NCBI RefSeq assembly: GCF_902459465.1
Contig: NC_047064.1
Coordinates: 22,072,001 to 22,136,000 of the forward strand
Length of the DNA stretch: 64,000 bases
Reading direction: 5' to 3'
Source: Asterias rubens
Lineage: Eukaryota
Shown here one piece after another: positions 18,878-29,993 of the stretch (within the stretch, counting starts at the first letter, position 1; each line of letters opens with the position of its first letter). A program made the position numbers and the translations under genes. The notes beneath the pieces are model-generated. The model saw only the letters and a program-made list of their open reading frames with translations, was not told the origin of the DNA and searched no databases.

Positions 18878-19755
18878 TTAAAGTCACCTTAAAGAGGTAT
18901 CTTGTCAAAATAAAGCTTTTGTCACTAAAATATGTGTATTGATGAGTGGAATATGAATAAACAATTAACTAAGGTTTACAAAATATTAGTTTCTATGTTA
19001 TTTACCAATTTGAAGAAGAAAAATACCGACCCGAGAGGGCGCTGTTCGTGACATCTTCCCCACCAGCTGGACAAATTGTTGAGATGGCGTCATGTTTTAG
19101 AAAATAACTTTTCTCTACGTGTCAACATGTGTAGTGTATTCCATATTAAGGACTTTTCGTTTTCGACGACGGATGGTTCTGCGACGGGTAAGATGACATT
19201 TGGCGTCATCTGCGCATGCGTCGGCTTTGAGGACGGTCGTCCCTCAATTTCTACGACAGTACTTTGGATGAATCTTCTTTGTGCTGAAAACGACAACGTT
19301 TAGCTGAACAACCGTCGCAGAACCATCCGTCGTCGAAAACGAAAAGTCCCTATTCTCGAAGCACGACGGCTCGAAGTGTTTGCTGCACAGCGCTGGAAAA
19401 GACGTCGGACCGGACCACTTTGCAAACTGACCCCAGCTTTAGTTGTTTTGCTGCATCCAGCAGCAATACACCTGGTCGACATTGCTGGAAAAATGCAAGA
19501 AAAAAAAACTTGGTAGAAACGTACAAACTCACGACTAGGACTTGAATGTACTTGCACGTACGTGTGTTCAATGTTCGATCGAGGCAAAGTCTGCCTCGAT
19601 TTACGTCACAAAAGGGGTAGGCGGAGTCACCCCCCAAACAACTTTTTTTTTTACATTTAAATCGTTAAAAACAATTACTCAAAAAAATATGTTATTGTTC
19701 AGAAACATATACTCTAATGTTTGAAACATATATATATATTTCCAGGTGACTTTAA
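18878..19755 (-). mobile_element. Internally deleted Kolobok-like DNA transposon with THAP-domain remnant
   Basis: TTAA|AGTCACCT ... AGGTGACT|TTAA termini. The minus strand from 19482 reads MSTRCIAAGCSKTTKAGVSL and, after a frame-shifting deletion, WSGPTSFPALCSKHFEPSCFE (THAP C..C and LCSKHF motifs). Confidence 0.75.
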
Positions 19756-20648
19756 TGGTATGGTCATACTTTGGTGACCCCGAAAAAAGTTGTGTGACTT
19801 TTTATCTGTGTAAATTCCTTACAGAAGCTTGCTTGCTAAAATTATATTAATGGAAGTGAGCATCCTAGGGAATAATTTTCCTGACTCCTTTGATAATTAG
19901 AATACAAATAATGAATGTTGATGAGTGTAATGGTGCAAACATTTTCACTAGTTGAAAGATTTAATGTTCATTTCAACGAGGCGGGGCCGAGCTGGATGGA
20001 ACTTTCCATCTTTCAAGGAATAAAATTATTCTCACTATTGCAAGAATGAAAACAATTCATATTTCAATATATACAATATCCAAGTGGATCCTTGTAATTT
20101 TGATTGGAGGATACAGCTTTCAAAACAAGGCATTTATTTGGGACATAATGTGGTGTGTTACGCCCCCCCCCATTCAATAGAACACATCAGATGGAACGTA
20201 AAATGCATGGTGATGAGTGACGTAGCGTTACAGTAGTAACTGTTATATAACATCCATAAAACCGAAACATGTGAGGTATATCTCGCATACCGGTCACCCA
20301 CATTACACCCCGCTGCTCCACTGGAAAAGTGGAGGTTTGTGCCAGCAGTCACAATAATGTATTTCCTCTGAAGTAAAGGAAGTTCCAGACCCCTTACGTG
20401 GTCCTTTCTTTTATGTTGCTTGTTTGTACATAGTACTAGTAGACTTTTGCATTTGAATAAACAAACATCAACGACCAGTTCATGATTCAGCCGTCACAAT
20501 CGTGTTCGCAAACAAGCTTATTATGTCATGGTGGTATTAAAAAGAACCTTCCATTCTTATAACAAACAGAACGATAAACTGGAGGTGTTGTGAACGGTGT
20601 GCGATTTCTTTTGGTAGCATTATAAAATTTGTGTTAAATTGTACAAGT

Positions 20649-23600
20649 ATGGTTGTATTTGGTCAGGCTATACCCGTGTCGGCGGCCTTTTTCCTTGGGT
20701 TGTTGGTGGGCTTCGTAGACTCCGAACAACCTCAGGTCACTGTAGAGCAGGGTGCCCTCTTTGGTACCACCGAGACTTTCCAGGAAAATGGGTTCATCAA
20801 TATCACCAAGAACATCGATGTCTTCAAGGGGATACCGTTTGCAGAGCCACCCGTTGGACCGCTGCGATTCAGGGCACCGGTAGAGAAGAGTAGTTGGGGA
20901 AGCGAGGTTTACAACGCCACGTACTTCAGAGATGCATGCGTACAGAATCCGGACGGAGTTTTTCCATATGGCTTGCAGATGAGTGAAGACTGTCTTCATG
21001 TCAACATTTACGCGCCAAATCCAAAACTTGTAAGTCTGTTTTCAAAACGAATGTCTTTGCATGGCGGAGGTTTTCACAATGATTTTGAAGTGAATTGCGA
21101 GAGGTCACTGTAGCTGTGATATCTCATTTTGTTTCGTCTATTTGCAGCCTGAGGGCGCTGCCGTAATGGTCTATATGCATGGTGGCGGTCTCAGATCCGG
21201 TAGCGGATCACTCCCAGATCTAAGAAGCACACCATTGGTTGCTATAGGTGACGTCATCTTGGTCGCCATCAACTATCGGGTGAATGTATTTGGCTTCCTA
21301 ACCACAGGTGAGATCTCCAATTTTGCTTAAAGGGCCGTTGGTGGTCTCCATAAAGTTTCATTAGTTTTTTTTGTGGCTCGGTGGTAAAATAATACTTGTG
21401 TGTCTAAGTTCTCAATGGAGAGGAATAAGAACTTGGCTGCGCGTTCACTGAGATGAGCTGTTAATAGATCTTTGTCATGATGCCTCCATCTTGGTAATGT
21501 TCCTCATATCAAATAGCAATAATGTATGCTAATAATCATTTTGCAAATAGCAACCAGACTATTTTGTTCTTCCAGCATCGGTTTAGTTACATTGATATTA
21601 AATGGGAGAAATTCAAGATGGCTGCATCGTGATAAAGGTACTCTATACTGCATCAAGTTACTGCTAGACTCTCTCTATTTCTTAGGTGTAATGGAAGCTA
21701 CAGTTCTTCTTAACACGATATTTTGTTTTTTAATGTTCATTGTCGGTTTTCAGGTGATGAGGTTTCTCCAGGAAATGCCGGCCTTAAAGATCAAGCTCTT
21801 GCCCTCCAGTGGATCAAAAAGAACATAGAAGGTCAGAGTTTAAAGGAACATGTTGCCTTGGATCGAACGCGTTGGTCTTTGACAAGCGTTTGAAACCGTT
21901 TGTTATGCATATTATGGTTAGAAAGATATTTTAAAAGTAAAATAATTATCCACACAAGTATCATTCGGAATTGCACGGTTTTCCTTTTACGTCGCGAACT
22001 AACACGGTCGGCCATTTTGTGGAGTCAAATTTTTTGACTCAACAACCAACTCGCCCGATCCAAGGCAACAGTGTTCCTTTAATATAGGTCACTTTAATGT
22101 CATTTCTTTTAAAAGGCTATCGTTGATCAGATTATTTGTCGAACGAGTATATAGTTATCCAGTGACCTATAGCCTGGGCCGAATTTCTGTCACGCCCTAT
22201 CTCATATCAATGCCTCACAGCTTCTCATTTCAATAACAGCTTTTGGAGGAGATAATGATCGCATCACTATCTTCGGTACGAGTGCTGGATCACAAAGCGT
22301 TAGTGCTCATCTACTGGCCAAGCAAAATGAGGGGCTGTTCCATCAAGCTATAATGCAGGTACGAACATTGTTCAAAGTATCATTTCAAAGACATTACCCG
22401 TTTGTTTACAAAATTCAAACAACTCGTCAATGAAACCCCAAAAAAATTAAGAACGCTCCGATTAAAAAATGAACAAGAAAATAGGACTCATCACTTGAAT
22501 ATCATACTTTAAGTGAGTTTTCTTTCAATGTGAATATATAATCAGGGTAAATATACAACAAAATTGAACTGGGAACTGGGTCTCATCACGGGAATATTGA
22601 ACTGGGAACTGGGTCTCATCACGGGAATATTGAACTGGGAACTGGGTCTCATCACGGGAATATCATACATCGAGTGAGTTTTCTTTTTCCTCTCCAGAGC
22701 GGAAATGTTCTTGCCGAATCGATCTTCCAGGAAAATCAAGATATAATGCGACAGCAAGCGTTTCAACTTGGTGCTCAATTTGGATGTACGGCTGAGGACA
22801 CGACTGGTTTAGTTGAGTGTTTGCGAGAGCAAGACCCAACGGCTCTTTTCACCACGTCAGAAGAGGTATTCCCTTGACATTAGACGTCCCCTAATTGCAC
22901 AAACAACTGAACCTTTATTTTTTTGTTCCAGCATTAGGTTACAATGTGTCATGGGGCCAATTTGACAAACATAAGACTGGTCTCAATTCGATTCCTAAAC
23001 TTCTGTGCAAATTTGAATCATTTAAATATCCAATCTTACCAATGCTGTGCACGCTTAACAGCCTTTTGTTGATGATTCTTCAGATATCGTTTCAACCTAG
23101 TGTGGTTGTCGACGGTGAATATATAGAGGATACACCTTCCAATCTGTACTCCACTGGGCAGTACAACCATGTCGACATCCTTCTAGGGACAAATGCTGAC
23201 GAAGGGACGTTCGTCATGCTCTTCAATCCTCTATTTTTCCCCGAGTATTTCCTCAGACCAGATCCTCCTTTCGTGTCTCAGGAAAACTACGAGGGGATCA
23301 TCAACCGGCAAGTCGGTATTTACTACGGTAAGACTTTCCCACACTGTCATCTTTGTAAAGCAGGATGGTCAGCTCCTGAAGCAGGGTCACCTCTTAAAGC
23401 AGGGTTACCTCCTAAAGCAGGGTCACCTCCTAAAGCAAGGTCACCTCTTAAAGCAAGGTCACCTCCTAAAGCAGGGTCACCTCCTAAAGCAGGGTCACAT
23501 CCTAAAGCAGGGTCACCTCCTAAAGCAGGGTTACCTCCTGAAGCAGGGTCACCTCCTAAAGCAGGGTCACATCCTAAAGCAGGGTCACCTCCTAAAGCAG

Positions 23601-26140
23601 GGTCACCTCCTAAAGCAGGGTCACCTCCTAAAGCAGGGTCACATCCTAAAGCAGGGTCACATCCTAAAGCAGGGTCACCTCCTAAAGCAAGGTCACCTCC
23701 TAAAGCAGGGTCACCTCCTAAAGCAGGGTCACCTCCTAAAGCAGGGTCACCTCCTAAAGCAGGGTCACCTCCTAAAGCAGGGTCACCTCCTAAAGCAGGG
23801 TCACCTCCTAAAGCAGGGTCACCTCCTAAAGCAGGGTCACCTCCTAAAGCAGGGTCACCTCCTAAAGCAGGGTCACCTCCTAAGGGAGGGTCACATCCTA
23901 AAGCAGGGTCACCTCTTCAAGCAGGGTCACCTCCTAAAGCAGGGTCACCTCCAAAAGCAGGGTCACCTCCTAAGGGAGGGTCATATCCTGAAGTAGGGTC
24001 ACCTTCTGAAAAAGGGTCAGATGTTAAAAGTATAGTGTCATCTCCTTAGGAAGGGCAAATTCTAAGATAGGGTCACCTCCTAATATAATGTTCATAACCT
24101 CAGTAAGGGCACCTAGTTAGGTAGGGTCGCTTACCCATTACTATGTTTATGGCACTTGACAATGTTTCCCCATGCAAACCGTTACTTCACAATTATTTCA
24201 TACAGCTTACCTATTGAGACACATGGAGATTGCACTTTCTGTTTTTATTTAGTTTTGATCAGAAAAAAAGGGAAACCTTCTACAATACTCTCGAGAGAAA
24301 AAAAAGGTATCTTTCATGCCCTTGAATGGTACAATGCCACTGTTTTTGTAGGCAGAGGTTACTTGGTCTATAAAGATTCTTTTTTCAAGAGAATCCAAAC
24401 AAATTAATATCTTGCAGGAGCCAATACACAGATAGCAGACGCTATCAGACTGCAGTATGTCGACTGGTCTCAAGCCGACAATGCCAGCGCAGACTATTTT
24501 AAAGCAGTGAAGAACTTTTATACTGACTTTTTATTTGCGAGCTCAACCGACTTAGTTGCTCGCTACCACGCCCAGGGGGGTAATGCCGTCTTCATGTACC
24601 AGATGACCCACGTCACTAGCGTGTCTTACAGGGATGTTGCCGTGGGAGTCGGGCCTGGCTGGATGGGGGCAGGTCATGCCGAGGATGTACTCTATGTCTT
24701 CGGGGTTCCATTCATCCCGGAGGCTGCGATCAGGCGATCGGAGTTGCAAGATGCGGAGAAAGCACTCTCTGTGAAATTTATGGAGTTTTGGACAAACTTC
24801 GCCAATACTGGGTAAGTGCAGCTTAAGTGAGTAAATGAAATGAAGATAGCTCCTGGCCTGAAATTTGTGCTATTGAGTCTAAGAAGGCTATCAGATGGTT
24901 CAGATCGTTTGAAAGCTTTACAAAAAATAACACATGATAACAAATATACTGTTGGAAACAATACGATGGTGTACGCGAGTGTGTGGAATCCGATGGTGCT
25001 GTACTCCATGATATTAGACCCTGGGTGGATTTCACAAAGAGTTAGGACTAGTCTTATCTCGACTTAGGACGAGTTACTCGTGCTAACTTAAGACTACCTA
25101 TACACTTTTTAAATCTCTTAGGACTAGTCCTATATAAAGTTAGGACTTGTCCTAACTCTTTGTTTTGCTAACCGGTATAGTGTTAGTGCGCAAGCGCGAT
25201 GTATACAATTAATTACAAAGTTCTAGAAAAAAAATTCAATCGGTCCTGGCCGAATGCCATAGCTCTGCTTATAAGAACAACCAATATTATTATTAGCTCA
25301 GCCAAAAAAAATTACGTTTTAACAGAATAACGTTAAGTTTGATCATTGACGGTTGTGATCTTTCTGCTTTATACAGAAACCCAGGAACAAAGACTCCTGG
25401 CTCTTCACCGGCCTCTGAGGACGATTACTGGCCCGAGTTTACCATTCCTGGACTCGGATACAAGGAGCTCAATGTTACCATGGCGACAGGTCGCGCCCTC
25501 AAGAGTAACGAGGCTCATTTCTGGAACTCCTACGTAGTACAGCTTCAGACCATGCTGGGTAAATATCCACACTCAAACGCAGAGACGTGCTTTTCTTCGG
25601 GAGTGAAGAATAGTTTCGAGAGTTTAAGATCTCAAAATTATTGTTCATGAATTATACAATAATAATAATGGGGTCTTAAACAGCACACGTATCCACCAAG
25701 GATGTATTCAAGAATCAAAGAGAAACACATTCTTCTGAAGACGAGCAGAGTACACTGTTCGAAACGTCGAGACAAACCGGCTCTTTTCAGAGCCAACACT
25801 CACACATGGTTGTACCCGTAAGTTTACTATAACTTATAGTTTCTTCTTAGAAACACTTTTGTTTACAACAAAATCATAATGTTTACAAGGTGACTACAGC
25901 GTATTGACCACCCACTGCCAGAAACACTGCTGCAAACTGATAAGTGTATCTGGGTTATTTGACGTACATTACACAACACACAACACAAAAATTTTTAACA
26001 TTTGATTTATTCTAAATGCAGCTAATATGGAGGCTAGTGAGCGTGAATGGAGAGATTCGTATAGCGCCTGGAAGTACACCGACATGGCCGACTGGAGAGA
26101 GCAGTTCAACCAGTATAAAGCACAGACCGGCAACTATTAA
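20649..26140 (+). CDS. Carboxyl/cholinesterase-like paralog P4 (recent duplicate of P3), 614 aa, GTSAG nucleophile elbow
   Basis: Exons 20649-21029, 21148-21307, 21754-21831, 22240-22358, 22698-22865, 23084-23327, 24418-24811, 25377-25558, 26022-26140 (1845 nt, in frame). HGGG, GTSAG, GTNADEG, GAGHAEDV, WAT last exon. Confidence 0.92.
22565..22663 (+). repeat. 33-bp tandem repeat x3 in P4 intron 4
   Basis: tgaactgggaactgggtctcatcacgggaatat at 22565, 22598 and 22631. The equivalent P3 intron has a single diverged copy (~16294-16330). Confidence 0.85.
23355..24080 (+). repeat. 18-bp minisatellite (cctaaagcagggtcacct), ~36-40 copies, in P4 intron 6
   Basis: Seen directly; it accounts for the PKAGSP and LKQGHL ORF repeats. 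Confidence 0.95.
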
Positions 26141-26810
26141 TCAACTATCGAACAGTCCATTATTAATTAAATAATTATTGAAAAATTGTAGATTTAACAA
26201 ACTATTATGAGGATTGGTAATGGGGTCTATAACATACGATTTATTTTGATTAAGCTTTTCAATAAAAGAAGAAACATGCAAATCCAGTGTGGTGTGGGTG
26301 AGTGTGATTAGGTACACATTAAAACCGCGGACCAATAATAAAAAGATGAAAACAGGGTCCACTCTTCGGGAAACGTGTACAAAACCAATGAGAGCTGTTG
26401 CTAAAAAATGTAAACAAATGAAAGACAATAGGGGGTCCACGGTTGCAGCTCAAACGTCGAATTGTGTTGGAATTTGGTTCAATAGTAAAACCCTCTTTAA
26501 AAAAAAAAAACTTCTTTCAGCACGTATGGGGGACACACATCAAGTGACCGGCAATTTTGGAGTTTCTGATAATCATTTAAGTTTCAGTGGTGTCCGTTTA
26601 TGAATGCTGCAACCAGAGACGCAGTTGGTACCCACTGCCACCTCACAGAAAAAGGGGATTGCTTTGGTGGTCTTTATGAAAACGACGTAACAGTTGTTTT
26701 ACTATTTTTACCAAGCAGGCATTCCATTTAACCGCTCCTCAGGTAACCTATACTATCTCGTGTCTCCTACACCAGAATTTATATTAAAACTACTATTTAT
26801 GAACCTACTG

Positions 26811-27114
26811 AGCCCTTTTCACACTACTCTGTTCCCCGGGGTTGACCCCGGAAATAACGGTCGGCCTTTTCGCACCGTGGTCGCCAAACCCCGGTCTGAC
26901 CCCGGTCTGACCCGGCACATTGGCATACCCCGGGGAAAAGCCAACCCCTGCTCTAAGCGTTAAAACCCCGGGGTATTCTTAAAAAGTGCAAGCGGAACCC
27001 AGCGTAGAATAGGGACACAGTGTGAAAGTGCATCAGGGTTTATAAACTGAGGGGTAAATCAGTCCCGGGCTTCCCCGTGGCTGTATTCCACGGATACACA
27101 GTGTGAACAGAGCT
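26811..27114. mobile_element. PIF/Harbinger-like MITE
   Basis: Imperfect TIR agcccttttcacact / gtgtgaacagagct and internal ccccgggg palindromes. The TIR resembles that of 38421-39331. Confidence 0.45.
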
Positions 27115-27317
27115 TTTGAATCCCTTTATTTCACCCCTTCCGGTCATTTTTAATAACATTCCACTCTTTAAAAACACAATGAGTCTGTTTAATGGTAAAT
27201 CTCCCAAGTAGTCACCCAACCGGAACAGTCGGCTTCATGTTGGTATCTTCACATCATGGTGAATGATGTAGGCCTACCTGCCTGCTTTGTTAAGGTAAGA
27301 CATTAGGTACAACAACA

Positions 27318-27645
27318 ATTTAGACATGCACACGATTTTGAGATCATATTTTTATTGTAGGTAGGCCTACATGTCATGATGCATATGCAGTGCTGCATGC
27401 TATGGGTTCTTACATTAATTGGTTACTTAATTGCGCCAACGTAAGCCCTACATGTAATTCTGTTCATTTCTTGCACCATTAAAATTTAGACATGCACAAG
27501 ATTTAAAGATAATATTTTAAGTGTTGGTAGCCTACACGTATTATGCAGTGTTGCATGCTATGGGTTCTTACATTAATTGGCTACCTAATTGCGCCAAGTT
27601 GACTATACGTAGGCCCTACATGTAATTCTGTTCATTTCTTGCACC
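27318..27645 (+). repeat. Local tandem duplication (~165 bp x2)
   Basis: aatttagacatgcac...ttcttacattaattgg...ccctacatgtaattctgttcatttcttgcacc occurs twice. Confidence 0.75.
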
Positions 27646-27854
27646 GTATTATGGTTTCAGCGTCAGGAATCGCTTCATACATTGGCTATATACATGGATG
27701 TGTGGTACATTATTGTAGGTCTATAGATTAAACCCATAATACAACGATGGTCTTAGAACAGTAGAAATAAGACCAGACCAGTCCCCATGGCTTTGTCCAT
27801 CATACCTGAAAAGTGACATTATGTGTGCCCTAAAGTCGGCAGAGGGCGCTATAA

Positions 27855-29400
27855 TTTCAAATATGCGCACATCACTCCTCTGTTAAAATCAAATAAGCTT
27901 GATCCAGAGGACTTGAACAGTTATCGACCTATCGCTCACTTGAAGTTTCTCGGAAAACTGCTTGAACGGCTTGTGGTCTCTCAGCTTCAGGAATATCTGA
28001 TGATTAATAACTTGTTTGCTAGTGCTCAATCTGCATATAGACCAAATCATAGTTGTGAAACTGCTATTGTTAGAGTCGTTAATGACATTTTGATGGCCCT
28101 TGATAGTGGTAATGATGCCATTTTGCTGCTTCTTGACTATTCAGGTGCTTTTGACACTATCAGTCAGCCTATTTTATTTTCACGCTTGGAGAAAAGATAT
28201 GGGATAGGCGGAAATGCACTGAAACTACTCACTTCTTACCTTAAAAACAGAAGTCACTCTGTAGTTATTGGAAGCTCTAAATCTCATATTTATTCATCCA
28301 CCCATGGTGTCCCTCATGGCCCTGTCTTAGGCCCTTTGGCATTCACTTTGTATTCAGCACCACTGCAGGACATTATTTCTCATCACAATTTGAAATGTAT
28401 GATGTATGCAAATGATACTCAAGTTTATGTATTCATTGAAGATGGTAAACAATATGATGCGGTTCAAAAACTACAGGCTTGTGTTTTAGATATAAAATAT
28501 TGGTCTGTTCAGAATGATCTCAAACTTAATGCAGATAAAACTGAGGTTCTTCACTTTACCAGTAAATTCAGACAGAGTCATCAACTCGAGTCTTTCATCC
28601 TTGATGACATGGCTGTCATTACAGTGGCAGATTCTGCCAGAAATCTTGGCGTCAAACTTGATAACCATCTTACAATGCATGCTTATGTTAATGATACCTG
28701 TAGAGCTGCTTCATCTGCTCTTCATAAAATTGGTACAATACGGTCATTCTTAAACAAGAAATCAACAGAAAGACTCGTCCATGCACAATTGTAATGTTTC
28801 GCATTGATTTTTGTAACAGCATTTTGTATGGTCTTCATGATGTACATATTAACAAGCTTCAGAGAATCCCAAACTCTGCTGCTAGATTGGTGACACGTAC
28901 TCAAAAGCGTGAACACATTTCTCCTATTTTGCATGATTTACATTGGCTTCCGATAAAACACCGTATTCATCATAAGATACTTTCATTAACTTTCTTATGT
29001 TTGCAAGGTTTAGGCCCAACTTATCTCCAGGAACTCATCCAAAAATATCATCCAGTTCGCAATCTCCGCTCTAAATCCAGGTCTCTCTTAGTTTGTCCCT
29101 CGACTTTTACTAAATTTTATGGGGCCAGAGCTTTTGCGGCAGCAGCAGCAGAATTATGGAATAGTCTTCCGGACACCATAAAACAAGCTCAAACAGTGAA
29201 TTTATTTAAGACAAAGTTAAAAACACATTTATTTTTTCAATAGCCTTCAGTGCTTCTTTCTGTATCAACTAAATTTTGCTTTTGTATTTACTTCACATCT
29301 CTATTAACTTTTACTTCTCTTTTGTTTTCTTCTCAAAGCGCATAGGGACTTCTCTGTGATTGTGATATGCGCTCTACAAAAATGGTTCATTATTATAATT
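27855..29400 (+). mobile_element. 5'-truncated, inactivated CR1/L2-group LINE (RT domain and 3' end)
   Basis: YRPIAHL.FLGKLLER, QSAYRPNHSCETA, LLDYSGAFDTI, PHGPVLGP (from PQGS) and YAND (from YADD). Frameshift near 28790, followed by LHWLPI...R.F...A.ELWNSLP...FKTKLKTHLF. Confidence 0.9.
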
Positions 29401-29925
29401 AAAATCGTCCGTAGTCCGCCAAAAATGCGTTTACTATTCCCCCGCCAGGGATCTATTACATTGAGGGCGTGTGGATGTAGTTGAATTCTACTCGTGTTTA
29501 ATTTTACAAAAAGAAGATCAGAAACTGACTAATATAATGAGCGTTAAAATACAAAGACAATAATTTTTCAGAGCATAACTTAATGATTTAGCCTGAACCC
29601 TTTTGATAGGACGCATAATGTGCAAACACTATTGCTGTTGAAAACAGGGAACACGACGTGGTAAAGTTGTTCATGGTTCTCACTGTGGCAAATTGGCCAC
29701 ACACGTCCCTGTAATTACATGGCATATATAATGATAGATACTTAGTTTATTTGTGTAAGCTGTAGCCTGGTTACCTTGAAAAGTAGAACTCTATCTAAAC
29801 AATGATTGAAGGTTACCTGGGGTTCTGGTGAGTTGTTTTACAACCCAACACTTGTTTACAAATTAATTAGCCAAACAGCGACTTGATTTATGGCTATAAA
29901 CAATAATACACAAATCCTATAGCAA

Positions 29926-29931
29926 TATAAA
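29926..29931 (+). promoter_or_regulatory. Candidate TATA box of P5
   Basis: TATAAA 68 nt upstream of the P5 ATG; positional plausibility only. Confidence 0.3.
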
Positions 29932-29993
29932 TCCACTGGCGGACTATAACTACAGATCTAAGGACACTAACTGACTTTGAGAATTAGTGAAAA

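Noticed and set aside
23193-23996. LKQGHL-repeat ORF (267 aa)
   Set aside because: Alternative frame of the 18-bp minisatellite.
27823-29243. Functional reverse transcriptase or domesticated gene
   Set aside because: Catalytic YADD is mutated to YAND and PQGS to PHGP, there is a frameshift near 28790, and the element is 5'-truncated with no endonuclease domain.
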